From assembly GCA_963801355.1 (NCBI GenBank), contig CAWDEM010000004.1, positions 1,248,001-1,312,000 on the forward strand: a stretch of 64,000 bases of DNA. The letters are read 5' to 3'. The notes under the pieces were generated by a model. That model ran no database searches. It was not told where the DNA came from and was given only the letters and a program-made list of their open reading frames with translations. Source of the stretch: Ignavibacteriota bacterium (GTDB taxonomy: Bacteria; Bacteroidota; Ignavibacteria; UBA10030; UBA6906). Below, piece by piece: positions 28,101 to 37,176 of the stretch. Position 1 is the first letter of the stretch, and every line of letters starts with the position of its first letter. Position numbers and translations under genes: made by a program.

Positions 28101-28249
28101 AGTTCAAAGAAGGCATCGGCATCCGGAACACGCGGGCACGCATGCAGCACCTCTACGGGACCGCGCAGGGATTTGAGCTCTCGACTCCGGCCGGTGGAGG
28201 CGTCGATGTCAGATTGACCATCCCGTACCACAAGTCGCGAGTTGCCTGA
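25187..28249 (+). CDS. LytS-type sensor histidine kinase with periplasmic beta-propeller (Reg_prop) and Y_Y_Y domains
   Basis: Repeated DGL..N / G.LWIGT blades, YRYLLEG..YTNIPPGKY, TM helix, QLQPHFLFNTLN, LQPLVENAIKHG, DNGEG. Confidence 0.92.
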   Translation: MWRNVCRTILLFSFLPVPLNGQSAGLDPSRDITQYAHRFWTKRDGLPQNSVTSIAQTDDGYLWFGTMEGLARFNGTSFSTFNTRNTPQLGTNYVIALLTDHDGTLWIGTNGGGLSRMCKGEFRRLTLPSEPERVAVRAMKQDREGDVWVSTTIGLAQFHGDSLKHLYTVADGLPSNTVYRAEEDTEGRILALTPRGVWIRERDCFEPFIVSSAWGSSEGKSKPAQQTEYSGKRALAAVPTTLLCDRHGALWIGTGRDGLFILRGDSLHNISIKDGLGAGEISTLVEDQRGTVWVGTMAGGLSRVVNDRVSHFTSNEGLSGDEVHSIFEDREGVLWVGISAGGVNRFVNSKFTTYRTGLNAAENMVWGVFADSPGRLYASTATGNLVEYRNGVFEPSSFSPGKKHHEGPVFSFVHDHAGVRWVGGAMGVTRYAAQSVREYHVGATMSLTEDQYGRIWSASPEGLWCFVGEKAHRVLTSESGQLLKLRDVGIDRTGNLWLSSRFEGVMRYRLPGRSETVPVLDEKTCVKFTRHEGLSSDLVTTMVVDSAGTVWVASGGSGLSVIRGTRVSVLTPAQGLPEEGVMGVVPDGHGWIWLTSNNGVYRISAAELTEYFDGRRTSIAVQSFGTSDGMYSDEFNGGFQASIARTPDGKLWFPSTFGVVMVDPAHLPTNMVPPALVLERVRIDNTEGMPTPNGEYPPGNGDFEFHFVGLSSNAPERIQYRYLLEGFNKEWIDAGTRHEAFYTNIPPGKYRFRVIARNADGVWNEAGISFPFVLRPHFSQTVWFGILIGMVVLVLVTGIWYLYKRDRDRELQASQLESQLTQAQLQILKMQLQPHFLFNTLNGIMVLIKEDPDMASRMIARLSEFLRLTLESAGEQEVTLRRELEYLSRYIQIEQLRFGDRLTVDQQVDPEVLEALVPNLILQPLVENAIKHGVSRRRGPARIFVEAVRENGSLTIHVRDNGEGIQAADGGQFKEGIGIRNTRARMQHLYGTAQGFELSTPAGGGVDVRLTIPYHKSRVA

Positions 28250-29019
28250 TGGAACGGATTCGCACGCTGATCGTCGATGACGAACCTCTCGCCCGGAAGG
28301 GCGTGCGGCAGCTTCTGGAAGCCGATCCCGAAATCAACATCATCGGGGAATGCAGCGATGGTGTCGAAGCAGCCGAGCAGATCAAGGCCCTGCACCCCGA
28401 CCTGGTGTTTCTGGACATCCAGATGCCCGAAATGGACGGGTTTGAGACTCTCGAATCGCTCTCGGCCGATGAACTCCCCCTCGTCGTATTTGTCACGGCC
28501 TATGACCAGCATGCGCTCCGGGCATTCCAGGTGCACGCGCTGGATTATCTCCTCAAACCCTTCGACGAAGAAAGATTCCAGGAAGCGCTGGCGCGCGCCA
28601 AGTCACAACTGAGGGAGAAAGGCGGGAACCAGCTCAGCCGGCGCATACTTGAAATGCTGGATGGCACCCGTGACGAACGCCAGGGGCCGGGGCGCATCAT
28701 GGTACGCAGCGCGGGCCGCATTACGTTTGTCCGGGTGGAGGAAGTCGACTGGATCGAAGCACAGGGGGACTACGTCTGTCTGCATTGCCAGGGGAAGAAG
28801 CATCTTGTGCGGGAAAAGATCAGTGATATGGAATCGCAACTCGCTGCCGATCGGTTTCTCCGGATCCACCGGTCCACCATTGTCAGCATCCCGAGGATAA
28901 AGGAGATGCAGCCCCTTTTCCACGGCGAGTATGCCGTGGTGTTGCACGATGGGACCCGGCTCACGCTGAGCCGGTCATTCCGCGATCGTGTGTTCGAGCG
29001 CCTCTCCGGCATGCATTGA
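28249..29019 (+). CDS. Canonical LytTR (AlgR/LytR-type) response regulator
   Basis: IVDDEPLAR, FLDIQMP, FVTAY, DYLLKP, FLRIHRS motifs. Confidence 0.93.
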   Translation: MERIRTLIVDDEPLARKGVRQLLEADPEINIIGECSDGVEAAEQIKALHPDLVFLDIQMPEMDGFETLESLSADELPLVVFVTAYDQHALRAFQVHALDYLLKPFDEERFQEALARAKSQLREKGGNQLSRRILEMLDGTRDERQGPGRIMVRSAGRITFVRVEEVDWIEAQGDYVCLHCQGKKHLVREKISDMESQLAADRFLRIHRSTIVSIPRIKEMQPLFHGEYAVVLHDGTRLTLSRSFRDRVFERLSGMH

Positions 29020-29490
29020 CTTCCGGCTGTTCTCCCGGTCTGCGTTGCCGTCCGCGCCGGCGACATCGGATCGGGTGTCATTGAACTCGAACGAACCGGG
29101 TTTCACGTACTGGTTGTAGAACCACGCGCACAGGGTCCGCACCCGTTCACTTCTGTCGAACCTGGCGGCCAGGCGTACGGCATATACCCCCCGCGGCTCA
29201 CCCATCCTGCAGAGCGAAAGCGCCGCGACGATACGCGACGATTCCTCCTCACTGTCCCGCAGCATCTTCATTAAGGGCACAACAGCCCGGATTACTTTTT
29301 CCTCTCCCAGCATGAAGGCCGCACTCTCCCGCACGCCGGTATTTCTGGAAGCGAGCCCGCTCATCAAGTTGCGCGCGATCATCTCCCTGGTGGCGGGGGG
29401 GGAATCCTGCACCATTTTTGTCGCGCACGCCTGGGCCGCGAGACCGGTGGCCAGCATAACGAACACGACCACACCCACACCGTGTTTCAT
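28975..29490 (-). CDS. Small exported HEAT-repeat protein
   Basis: GGAGGG RBS; hydrophobic signal peptide; VRESAAFMLG, RIVAALSL HEAT-like helices. Confidence 0.7.
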   Translation of the reverse strand: MKHGVGVVVFVMLATGLAAQACATKMVQDSPPATREMIARNLMSGLASRNTGVRESAAFMLGEEKVIRAVVPLMKMLRDSEEESSRIVAALSLCRMGEPRGVYAVRLAARFDRSERVRTLCAWFYNQYVKPGSFEFNDTRSDVAGADGNADRENSRKSMHAGEALEHTIAE

Positions 29491-29532
29491 GTGACCCTCC
29501 TTTGCGGTTCGACTCCCGATGTCCATCATGCG

Positions 29533-29619
29533 AATATACGGAAGGACCATCCGCCGGGGTGCACATTTGCGATGAAGGCGTCCGGCGCATCGACGAAGCA
29601 CCCCGCCGGGACGATGGGA
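29533..29619 (-). promoter_or_regulatory. Putative LytTR-activated promoter of the HEAT gene
   Basis: Minus strand TCCCATCG / CTTCGTCG / CTTCATCG at 21-bp period, 31 nt, TATATT. Confidence 0.6.
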
Positions 29620-29659
29620 GGGCTCGCGCGCCGGTGACAACGGGCTCCCGTGTTCTCCA

Positions 29660-29725
29660 TTTTGTCCTGCAGGACCCGCACTTCGTCGCAAACGGATTTG
29701 TGATTATCAGTGTGAGTCGTACAAT
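29660..29725 (+). promoter_or_regulatory. Putative LytTR-activated promoter of the TonB receptor operon
   Basis: TTTTGTCC (29660), CTTCGTCG (29681), 31 nt, TACAAT (29720). Confidence 0.55.
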
Positions 29726-29857
29726 GATCCAGCGTTTGTTTGCTGAAATGTAATGACTATTCGGCCCAGTCCGCGAAGGAGGTGATGCGATCGCAAATCT
29801 TGATACGCCTTTCTCTACCAACTCATCATTCCGTTTCATCATTTCCAGGAGAGTCCC

Positions 29858-32800
29858 ATGCGCAAGAGAACTCTGTTCCTTGCCGTGTTTTTGCTTCTGT
29901 TGCCCGCTCTGACGTTCGCCTCCGGAAAGCTGCGGGGACGCGTCACGGACAAAGAGAGTCTTGAACCACTGGTCGGCGCGAACATTGCCGTCCAAGGCAC
30001 TCTGTACGGCGCGTCGTCCGACGTGAACGGCGAATATATCGTCTTGAATCTGCCGGCCGGCGCGTACACCGTCAAGGCAACGTTCATCGGATATGCGTCA
30101 ACAAGCGTCGCGAACATCCGTGTGAATAATGATCTTACCACCTCTCTTGATTTTGCCCTCTCTTCTGAGGCGGTTGCGCTGCAGGCGGTGGAAATTGTGG
30201 CCGACAGGCCTCTGGTGAACAGGAGCGCAACAAATGCCGTCCGTATCACTACCTCGGACGACATTGCCTCCCTGCCCGTGAGAGGCATCAATAACATCCT
30301 TGCCCTGGCTCCCGGCGTGGTCTTCCAGGATGGCGCAGTCTTCATCCGCGGTGGCCGTCAGGACGAAACGGGATACTATCTCGAGGGCGTGAATATCCGC
30401 AATCCGATGACAGGGGCGCGTGCGGTCTCCCTCGTCCAGGATGCCATCGAGGAGATCCAGGTGCAGGCAGGAGGGTACAATGCCGAGTTTGGCGGAGCAA
30501 ACGCGGGGATCATCCAGCAGCAATTGCGGAGCGGTACGTCGGACTGGAAGGCATCCATGCAGTACATCACCGACAACATCACGTTTAAGGGACGCTCCCA
30601 GGCGCTCGACGGAAAAAAACACCTGGGGTCATTCGGCTTCGGCTATAATGATTTCACGGCAAGCCTGAGCGGTCCATTGATGGGAGACAGGTTCAAGCTC
30701 TTCGGTCTCGTAAACTACCAGTACCAGCGTGACCAGAACCCGCAGCCCTATCCAGGGATCGATGTCGGGCCGGTGGTCGGGCAGACGGGCGATTCGATCA
30801 ATCTCGTGTATCCCGCCGGCTCGATTGCCAAGAACCCGCGCCAGGATTTGTCCGGGACGGCCACCCTGATGATGGACTTCGCCCCGCTGACGTTCCGGCT
30901 GGCGGGCACATTCACGGGCACAACGCAGTACAATATGTACAACAGCCACAGGAATGCGGGTGCCATCGCCAACCTGTTGAACGCGGACAGGACAGAGGAA
31001 ATCCGGCAACTGAACGGCGCCGGGAGTCTGAAGATGACGCACCTGTTGAACCCCACAACATATTACGAGCTTACGTTCGGTTACTTCCATCAATCACAGA
31101 AACAACTGGACCCGTACCTGGAAGACGACTTTCTGCATTATGGCGACAGTGTCGCAAACGCGAATGCAGGGTGGGTATGGCAGCGGTCGGCAGTCGATGT
31201 GTCAAGCGGACAGGTGGGGCGATACCTCCGGCCGACCAGAAGAGTGCTCTACGACTTTGGCTTCAATGCGCCGGGTGATGTTCTCGCGGGGTACGTGAAG
31301 TACAGGCGGACGAACATCAGCGTGAATGGAGCACTTGCAACGCAGATCGGCTCCGAGCACTCCCTCAAGATCGGGGGCGAATTCCAGCGCTATTCCATCA
31401 GGAACTACTCGTTCTCCAATGAAAGCGTTTTCCCTATTGCCGGTCTCCTGGCGGCAAATGCTGCGCTGGCCGACAACGATCCCAACAAGGTCACACCGGA
31501 GCAAATCCTGATCAACCGAGGTGTGAACAACTTCGGCTATGATGTCTGGGGGAACGAAATTGACGAGAGCGGTATCACCGGCCCGAAACATCCGGTGTTT
31601 GCGTCGGCGTATGTACAGGACAAAATCGAGTACAAAGACCTGATCGTGAATATCGGGCTTCGCTACGACTACATCAATATCGACAACTACGTGTTCATTG
31701 ACCCGACACGTCCGGACCTTGCCATCGATCCCTACAGCGGTGCGATTGATCCGGCAGGTATGGCAAAGGCCGGGGCATTTCATGCAGTGAGCCCGCGCAT
31801 CGGGCTTTCTTTCCCCGTCACTGATCAGACCGTGTTCCATACGCAGTTCGGTCAGTTCGTGCAACAGTCGCGTCTGGCTGACGTGTACCAGGGGCTGTAT
31901 GCAACCTCGTCCAATGTCCGGGGGGGATTCTACATTCATTCACCCGTGGGCTTTGACGTGCGCCCCACGAGGACGACCCAGTATGAAATCGGGTTCACGC
32001 AGCAGATCGGTGATTTTGCGTCATTTGATATCACCGGATACTATAAGGACATCAAGGACCAGGTCGTGTATGAGCAGTGGAATACCGCTGCGTCTTCCGC
32101 GCTCGGAGCATACTTCGCGCTCGCAAACGGGGACTTTGCAACGACCAAGGGGATGGAACTCACCTTCACCATGCGCCGGACGAAACGGCTGCAGGTCAAC
32201 GGATCGGTCTCGTTCCAGGACGCCCGGGGTACGGGGTCCTTCCCCAACTCCGCCCGGGGCATCGTGGGTGCACCACTTGATGGTGTGACGCAATTCAAGC
32301 CATTGTACGTGTCACCGCTTGAGTTCAATAACGCGATCCGCGGCAACGTCAGTCTGGACTACCGCTTCGGGCGTGACGACTCGGGCCCCGTGCTTGAGCG
32401 ACTCGGTCTCTCTGCCGTGCTCGCGTTTGCGAGCGGTCATCCGTACACCCGCGGCATCGGCGGCTCCGACCTCGAAGGGGAAGCCCGAAGCCGCACCCCC
32501 GTGGAACCCCTGAACGCATCCACCACGCCGTGGACCTTCCAGGTGGATCTCCGCATCGACAAAACAGTGCGCCTGTTCAGCACCCTTGACGCGAATTTCT
32601 TCGTTCAGGTCATCAACCTGTTCGACACGAAGAATATCCAGAATGTCTTCCTCCGCACAGGGTCAACGGATGATGACGGCGTGCTGAGCAATCCAACGTT
32701 GGGGGCGGCGCTCGTGCAAACCTACGGCCAGCAGTACGCCGATGTGTACCGGGCAATCAACATTGACTACTACGAGCGCTATCAGAATGCCGTGGCGCTC

Positions 32801-32866
32801 CAAACCGTGCCCTATTTTTACGGGCCGCCCCGGCAGATCCGCGTTGGCGTGCGTCTCGAGTACTAA
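29858..32866 (+). CDS. TonB-dependent receptor with N-terminal carboxypeptidase-regulatory-like domain
   Basis: Signal peptide; GKLRGRVTD..EPLVGAN; plug IRGGR..GGYNAEFG; SPRIGLSFP; C-terminal PRQIRVGVRLEY. Confidence 0.92.
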   Translation: MRKRTLFLAVFLLLLPALTFASGKLRGRVTDKESLEPLVGANIAVQGTLYGASSDVNGEYIVLNLPAGAYTVKATFIGYASTSVANIRVNNDLTTSLDFALSSEAVALQAVEIVADRPLVNRSATNAVRITTSDDIASLPVRGINNILALAPGVVFQDGAVFIRGGRQDETGYYLEGVNIRNPMTGARAVSLVQDAIEEIQVQAGGYNAEFGGANAGIIQQQLRSGTSDWKASMQYITDNITFKGRSQALDGKKHLGSFGFGYNDFTASLSGPLMGDRFKLFGLVNYQYQRDQNPQPYPGIDVGPVVGQTGDSINLVYPAGSIAKNPRQDLSGTATLMMDFAPLTFRLAGTFTGTTQYNMYNSHRNAGAIANLLNADRTEEIRQLNGAGSLKMTHLLNPTTYYELTFGYFHQSQKQLDPYLEDDFLHYGDSVANANAGWVWQRSAVDVSSGQVGRYLRPTRRVLYDFGFNAPGDVLAGYVKYRRTNISVNGALATQIGSEHSLKIGGEFQRYSIRNYSFSNESVFPIAGLLAANAALADNDPNKVTPEQILINRGVNNFGYDVWGNEIDESGITGPKHPVFASAYVQDKIEYKDLIVNIGLRYDYINIDNYVFIDPTRPDLAIDPYSGAIDPAGMAKAGAFHAVSPRIGLSFPVTDQTVFHTQFGQFVQQSRLADVYQGLYATSSNVRGGFYIHSPVGFDVRPTRTTQYEIGFTQQIGDFASFDITGYYKDIKDQVVYEQWNTAASSALGAYFALANGDFATTKGMELTFTMRRTKRLQVNGSVSFQDARGTGSFPNSARGIVGAPLDGVTQFKPLYVSPLEFNNAIRGNVSLDYRFGRDDSGPVLERLGLSAVLAFASGHPYTRGIGGSDLEGEARSRTPVEPLNASTTPWTFQVDLRIDKTVRLFSTLDANFFVQVINLFDTKNIQNVFLRTGSTDDDGVLSNPTLGAALVQTYGQQYADVYRAINIDYYERYQNAVALQTVPYFYGPPRQIRVGVRLEY

Positions 32867-32886
32867 TCGCGAAGGAACCGCATACT

Positions 32887-35800
32887 ATGAAACGATCAGG
32901 AATTCTTCTCACAATAGTCTGTCTGGCTGTCGCACTCGGTGTCGCGGGCGAACGCCGCGCTGGCACGGCGCAATCACGGCAGTTGATGAAGCCGGATGGC
33001 AGCCCCGTCTATACCTACCTCAACATCAACAATGTCTCGACAGTGCTGCGGAATGACGGAACAGCCGACATCGATCCAGCCCAGCAGAACTCCGGCCTGG
33101 TGTTCCCCAAAGGAAGCCGGAAAACCGCGATGTATTCAAGTGGCCTCCTCTGGGGCGCCAAAATTGCCGGAGATCCGCAAGTCCGTGTCGGCGGTTCCGG
33201 GCACCGGTCCGGGCTTCAGCCCGGAAAGATCCTGCCCAACGGCACACCGGAAGACCCGAACGCTGCCCATGTGCGGATCTATCGTGTCAGACCCGACTAC
33301 CGCACCGGTGATCTCTCTTCCGAGATGGCTGATGAAGACAAAACATCTGCGGAGGTGCGGGCACAGTACGAATCGGATTGGCAGCAATGGCCATGGCAGG
33401 ATGGAGCTCCGTACAAGGATACAGACTCCAACGGCGTCTACGACCCCTCTGTGGACGTACCGGGCGTCCCGGGTTCGGATCAGACAGTCTGGTTCGTTGC
33501 GAATGACCTGAATGCGACGAACACATTTGACCTTTACGGTGCTGCGCCCCTGGGCCTTGAATGCCAGACAACGAATTGGGCGTATTCACAGGACGGACCT
33601 CTCGGCAGTATGATTTTCAAGAGCTTCGTGCTGATCAATAGAAGCAATGTCACCCTCGACAGCATGTACGTCGCGATGTGGTCGGATCCCGATCTTGGAT
33701 TTTCCGACGATGACTATTGCGGATGCGACACCTCACTCAGTCTGGGGTTCATCTATAATGCCCAGAATGTGGATCAGACGTACGGCGAGTTACCTCCCCC
33801 GGCGGGTGGTTTCGACTTCTTTCAAGGTCCGAGGATTCCCGCGCCCGGACAAACAGCGATATTCCGGGGGAAGGCCCTGGAAGGATACCGGAATCTTCCG
33901 ATGACTTCGTTTTTCTATTTCATCAAGTCCGACCTCACGCTCGCCGACCCCGTGCAGGGTACGCCCGAAGGATCCACGCAAATGTACAACTTCATGCGCG
34001 GCCGGGTGGGACTCACGGGCCAGCTCTTCCAAGACCCGCAGGGAAATCCAACGACGTTTGTGCTCACCGGAGACCCCGTGACAGGAACAGGATGGGTGGA
34101 CGGAAGACAGTATAATATGGGTGATCGTCGGATGGGACTGTCTTCAGGGCCGTTTTCGATGGCACCCGGAGATACACAGGAGGTCGTGGTTGCCGAGATC
34201 TTCGCCGGTGCCATTCCGGGTGTTGACCGTCTTACCGCCGTCAACCTGTTGAAGTTCTTCGATAAGTCTGCACAACTCGCGTATGACAACTTCTTCCGCT
34301 TGCCATCGCCGCCGCCGGCTCCAAAGGTGACGATCACAGAGCTGGACGCCGAAATCCTGCTCAACTGGGGAAGTGACCAGCCCGCAGTCACGGCAACGGA
34401 GAATGCCAATAACAGGGGTTTCAAGTTCCAGGGATACAATGTGTATCAGCTTCCCTCTCAGGGCGCCTCGGTATCGGAGGGGAAGAAGATTGCCGTCTAT
34501 GATCTCGCCGGCGACGGGGTCACACGCATTGTCGACCAGGTGTTTGATGCGAGCATCGGCGTGGTCTCGTCAAAGGTTGTGCAGCTGGGGACCGACAGCG
34601 GCATCAAGCGCTATCTTGCCGTGAAGGGGGATGCCTTGAACGGTGGAGTGCCCCTGGTGAATGGGGCCCGCTACTATTTCGCCGTCACTGCCTACTCCTT
34701 TAACAGCGATCCCAATGCTGTGCCGAACAATCTGGAGAACCCTATCCAGATATTTGTGGCTGTCCCGCATTCCGCAAACCCGGGCGTGCGGTACAGTGGC
34801 GCTGCAGGCGATACCATCCGTGCAGTGGAGCACACGGGGAGCAGCGATGGCAGCGTGATTCCCCTGGTGATCGATCCGGCACGGACTACGGGGCACTCGT
34901 ATAGTGTCCGCTTTGAGGATGCAGGCGGAACGGTGTCGTGGAAACTTGTGAACACCACGCGCGGAGACACTCTTCTCCGCAGCCAGACAAACCAGAGCGG
35001 CGACGACGACTACCTGATTATCGACGGCATCCAGGTGAAAGTGCTGGGTCCGCCGCCCGGAATGAAAGACTGGAGTATCCCGAATGGTGAACGCCGGTGG
35101 ACATTTGCCGGCGGCGCCAGCGGATTCGAGATGGAGGGATTCAGCGGTGCTATGGGGAGTGCGCTCCACGGGTGGGGCGACGGCATCGCCGACGACAAAT
35201 TGCGGAACGTGCTGCTGAAGCTTTGTGCGACAGATGCCAATGGCAACGTGCTGGATCCCGCTGACCCGGATTGGTCGTACGCGTATCGCTATGTGCGGCT
35301 TGCCCAGAATCCGCCCGCCAAACCGGAGTTCGCGCCGTTCATCACGAACACTCTGGATAGCTACGCATATCAGGGATATGCGCAGAGTATGCCCTTCGCC
35401 GCATACAACATGGAAACCACCCCTCCGACCCGCCTGATGGTCGGACACGTTGAGAACAATGTGGCCGGCGGGCTCGTGGACGGGAAATACTGGCCGCCGT
35501 TTTACAGTGATGCAGACAACGTGGCCGGCGCCGGCCCGCGGGAGTGGTTCTTCATATTCGACGTGCCGTACAGCACGACCCCGGATCCGCAGCTGATGGT
35601 GAACATCTATAATACCACCGGTATGCCGATCATGTACTTCTGCACGCCTGCCCGGCGCGCAGCCGTGGCCTGGAATGCGGATGACGAGTTTCTCATCGAG
35701 GCAAACCATGTGAACGCGGCAGCCGATGTGTTCAGTTTCTCCGCGCCGGCGGTGACGTACAATGCGGAGACAGCGAAGGCCGATGCCGGAGTGATCAACG

Positions 35801-36105
35801 TGTTCCCGAATCCATACTACGGCGTGAATACGGAGGAGATCAACAAGTACAACCGGTTTGTCACATTCAATCATCTGCCGCAAGAAGCGATCATCACCAT
35901 CTACAACCTTGCCGGCGTGCAGGTGCGGCAAATCCGGAAGAACAGTACAGGCCAGTTTGAACGCTGGGATCTGGCGAACGAATCCGGTCTTCCCGTCGGA
36001 AGCGGATTGTACATCGTCCACATTGACATGCCCGCTCTGGGCGGGGCGAAGAAAATCCTGAAACTTGCCATCGTCCAGGAACAACAGATCCTGGATCGGT
36101 ACTAA
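32887..36105 (+). CDS. Large T9SS-secreted protein of unknown function
   Basis: Signal peptide; FN3-like PPAPKV..LNW..YYFAVTAY; CTD INVFPNPY..ITIYNLAG..WDL..SGLYIVHI..K. Confidence 0.8.
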   Translation: MKRSGILLTIVCLAVALGVAGERRAGTAQSRQLMKPDGSPVYTYLNINNVSTVLRNDGTADIDPAQQNSGLVFPKGSRKTAMYSSGLLWGAKIAGDPQVRVGGSGHRSGLQPGKILPNGTPEDPNAAHVRIYRVRPDYRTGDLSSEMADEDKTSAEVRAQYESDWQQWPWQDGAPYKDTDSNGVYDPSVDVPGVPGSDQTVWFVANDLNATNTFDLYGAAPLGLECQTTNWAYSQDGPLGSMIFKSFVLINRSNVTLDSMYVAMWSDPDLGFSDDDYCGCDTSLSLGFIYNAQNVDQTYGELPPPAGGFDFFQGPRIPAPGQTAIFRGKALEGYRNLPMTSFFYFIKSDLTLADPVQGTPEGSTQMYNFMRGRVGLTGQLFQDPQGNPTTFVLTGDPVTGTGWVDGRQYNMGDRRMGLSSGPFSMAPGDTQEVVVAEIFAGAIPGVDRLTAVNLLKFFDKSAQLAYDNFFRLPSPPPAPKVTITELDAEILLNWGSDQPAVTATENANNRGFKFQGYNVYQLPSQGASVSEGKKIAVYDLAGDGVTRIVDQVFDASIGVVSSKVVQLGTDSGIKRYLAVKGDALNGGVPLVNGARYYFAVTAYSFNSDPNAVPNNLENPIQIFVAVPHSANPGVRYSGAAGDTIRAVEHTGSSDGSVIPLVIDPARTTGHSYSVRFEDAGGTVSWKLVNTTRGDTLLRSQTNQSGDDDYLIIDGIQVKVLGPPPGMKDWSIPNGERRWTFAGGASGFEMEGFSGAMGSALHGWGDGIADDKLRNVLLKLCATDANGNVLDPADPDWSYAYRYVRLAQNPPAKPEFAPFITNTLDSYAYQGYAQSMPFAAYNMETTPPTRLMVGHVENNVAGGLVDGKYWPPFYSDADNVAGAGPREWFFIFDVPYSTTPDPQLMVNIYNTTGMPIMYFCTPARRAAVAWNADDEFLIEANHVNAAADVFSFSAPAVTYNAETAKADAGVINVFPNPYYGVNTEEINKYNRFVTFNHLPQEAIITIYNLAGVQVRQIRKNSTGQFERWDLANESGLPVGSGLYIVHIDMPALGGAKKILKLAIVQEQQILDRY

Positions 36106-36125
36106 TGTCAGAAGGAAATCATGCA

Positions 36126-37160
36126 ATGAAAACAACACGACGATTGATCATCGTTCTGGCAATGAGCGCCGGTCTTGTATCTGCCGCCATGGCCGGTGCA
36201 GGCAACCGCGGCGGTACCAGCGGCGCAGCGGAGCTGCTGATCCCCGTGGGTGTCCGCGATATCGCCATGGGGGGATCGACCACCGGAACCACGCGCGACA
36301 TCGAAGCTCTGTACTGGAATCCTGCGGCCATCGCACATATGCGAAACTCGGCGTCTGTGTACGTCTCGCACATGAGCTACATCGCAGACATCGGTGTCAA
36401 CTACGGCGCGATCGCAGCACAATTTGAGGGATTCGGTGTTCTTTCTCTTTCGCTGAAGTCACTGGCGATCGGCGATATTCCCGTGACTACGACCACCGCC
36501 CCCGACGGTACGGGTCAAACATTCACGCCGCAGTTCTTTACTGTCGGATTGTCATATTCCCGTCTCTTGAGCGACCGGGTGGCGGTCGGCCTTACAGCGA
36601 AGATTGTTGCAGAGCGCATGGGCGATGTCAACAGCAGCGGGATCGCGTTTGATGTGGGCGTGGCATACGATAACCTCGCCGCGATCGACGGCCTCAGCCT
36701 CGGAGTGGTAGTCAGGAACGTCGGTCCCTCAATGAAATATGATGGTTCCGGACTCTTGACGCAGGCGACCGTCGATGCGCAAAAGCGGCCTGCCGGCTTG
36801 TACCAGATACAGGCAGCCCCGTTTGAACTTCCGTCCTCTATCGAGTTCGGGGTGGGTTATAAGCGCAACATTGACAATGCGAACACCATGCTTGTCTCCG
36901 GGGCTTTCCAAAGCAACAACTTCTCCGATGATGAATACCGTCTGGGATTGGAGTATGCATTCCAGGAGATGTTCTTCGTCCGGGGGGGGTATGACTTCGC
37001 CCAACGCGAGACCGATGAACGCGAATACCTCTTCGGCGCTTCCTTCGGGGCAGGTGTCAAGTACTCCCTCGGAAGCACGGATATCACCGTGGACTATGCA
37101 TACCGCGCCGTCAAAGTGTTCGATGCCAACCACGTGTTCTCGGTGAAGCTCGGGTTCTGA
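36126..37160 (+). CDS. PorV/PorQ family outer-membrane beta-barrel
   Basis: LLIPVGVRDIAMG, YWNPA, FDVGV, NVG, GLEY, RGGY motifs; terminal Phe. Confidence 0.85.
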   Translation: MKTTRRLIIVLAMSAGLVSAAMAGAGNRGGTSGAAELLIPVGVRDIAMGGSTTGTTRDIEALYWNPAAIAHMRNSASVYVSHMSYIADIGVNYGAIAAQFEGFGVLSLSLKSLAIGDIPVTTTTAPDGTGQTFTPQFFTVGLSYSRLLSDRVAVGLTAKIVAERMGDVNSSGIAFDVGVAYDNLAAIDGLSLGVVVRNVGPSMKYDGSGLLTQATVDAQKRPAGLYQIQAAPFELPSSIEFGVGYKRNIDNANTMLVSGAFQSNNFSDDEYRLGLEYAFQEMFFVRGGYDFAQRETDEREYLFGASFGAGVKYSLGSTDITVDYAYRAVKVFDANHVFSVKLGF

Positions 37161-37176
37161 AAGTGTCCCTTCCTGC

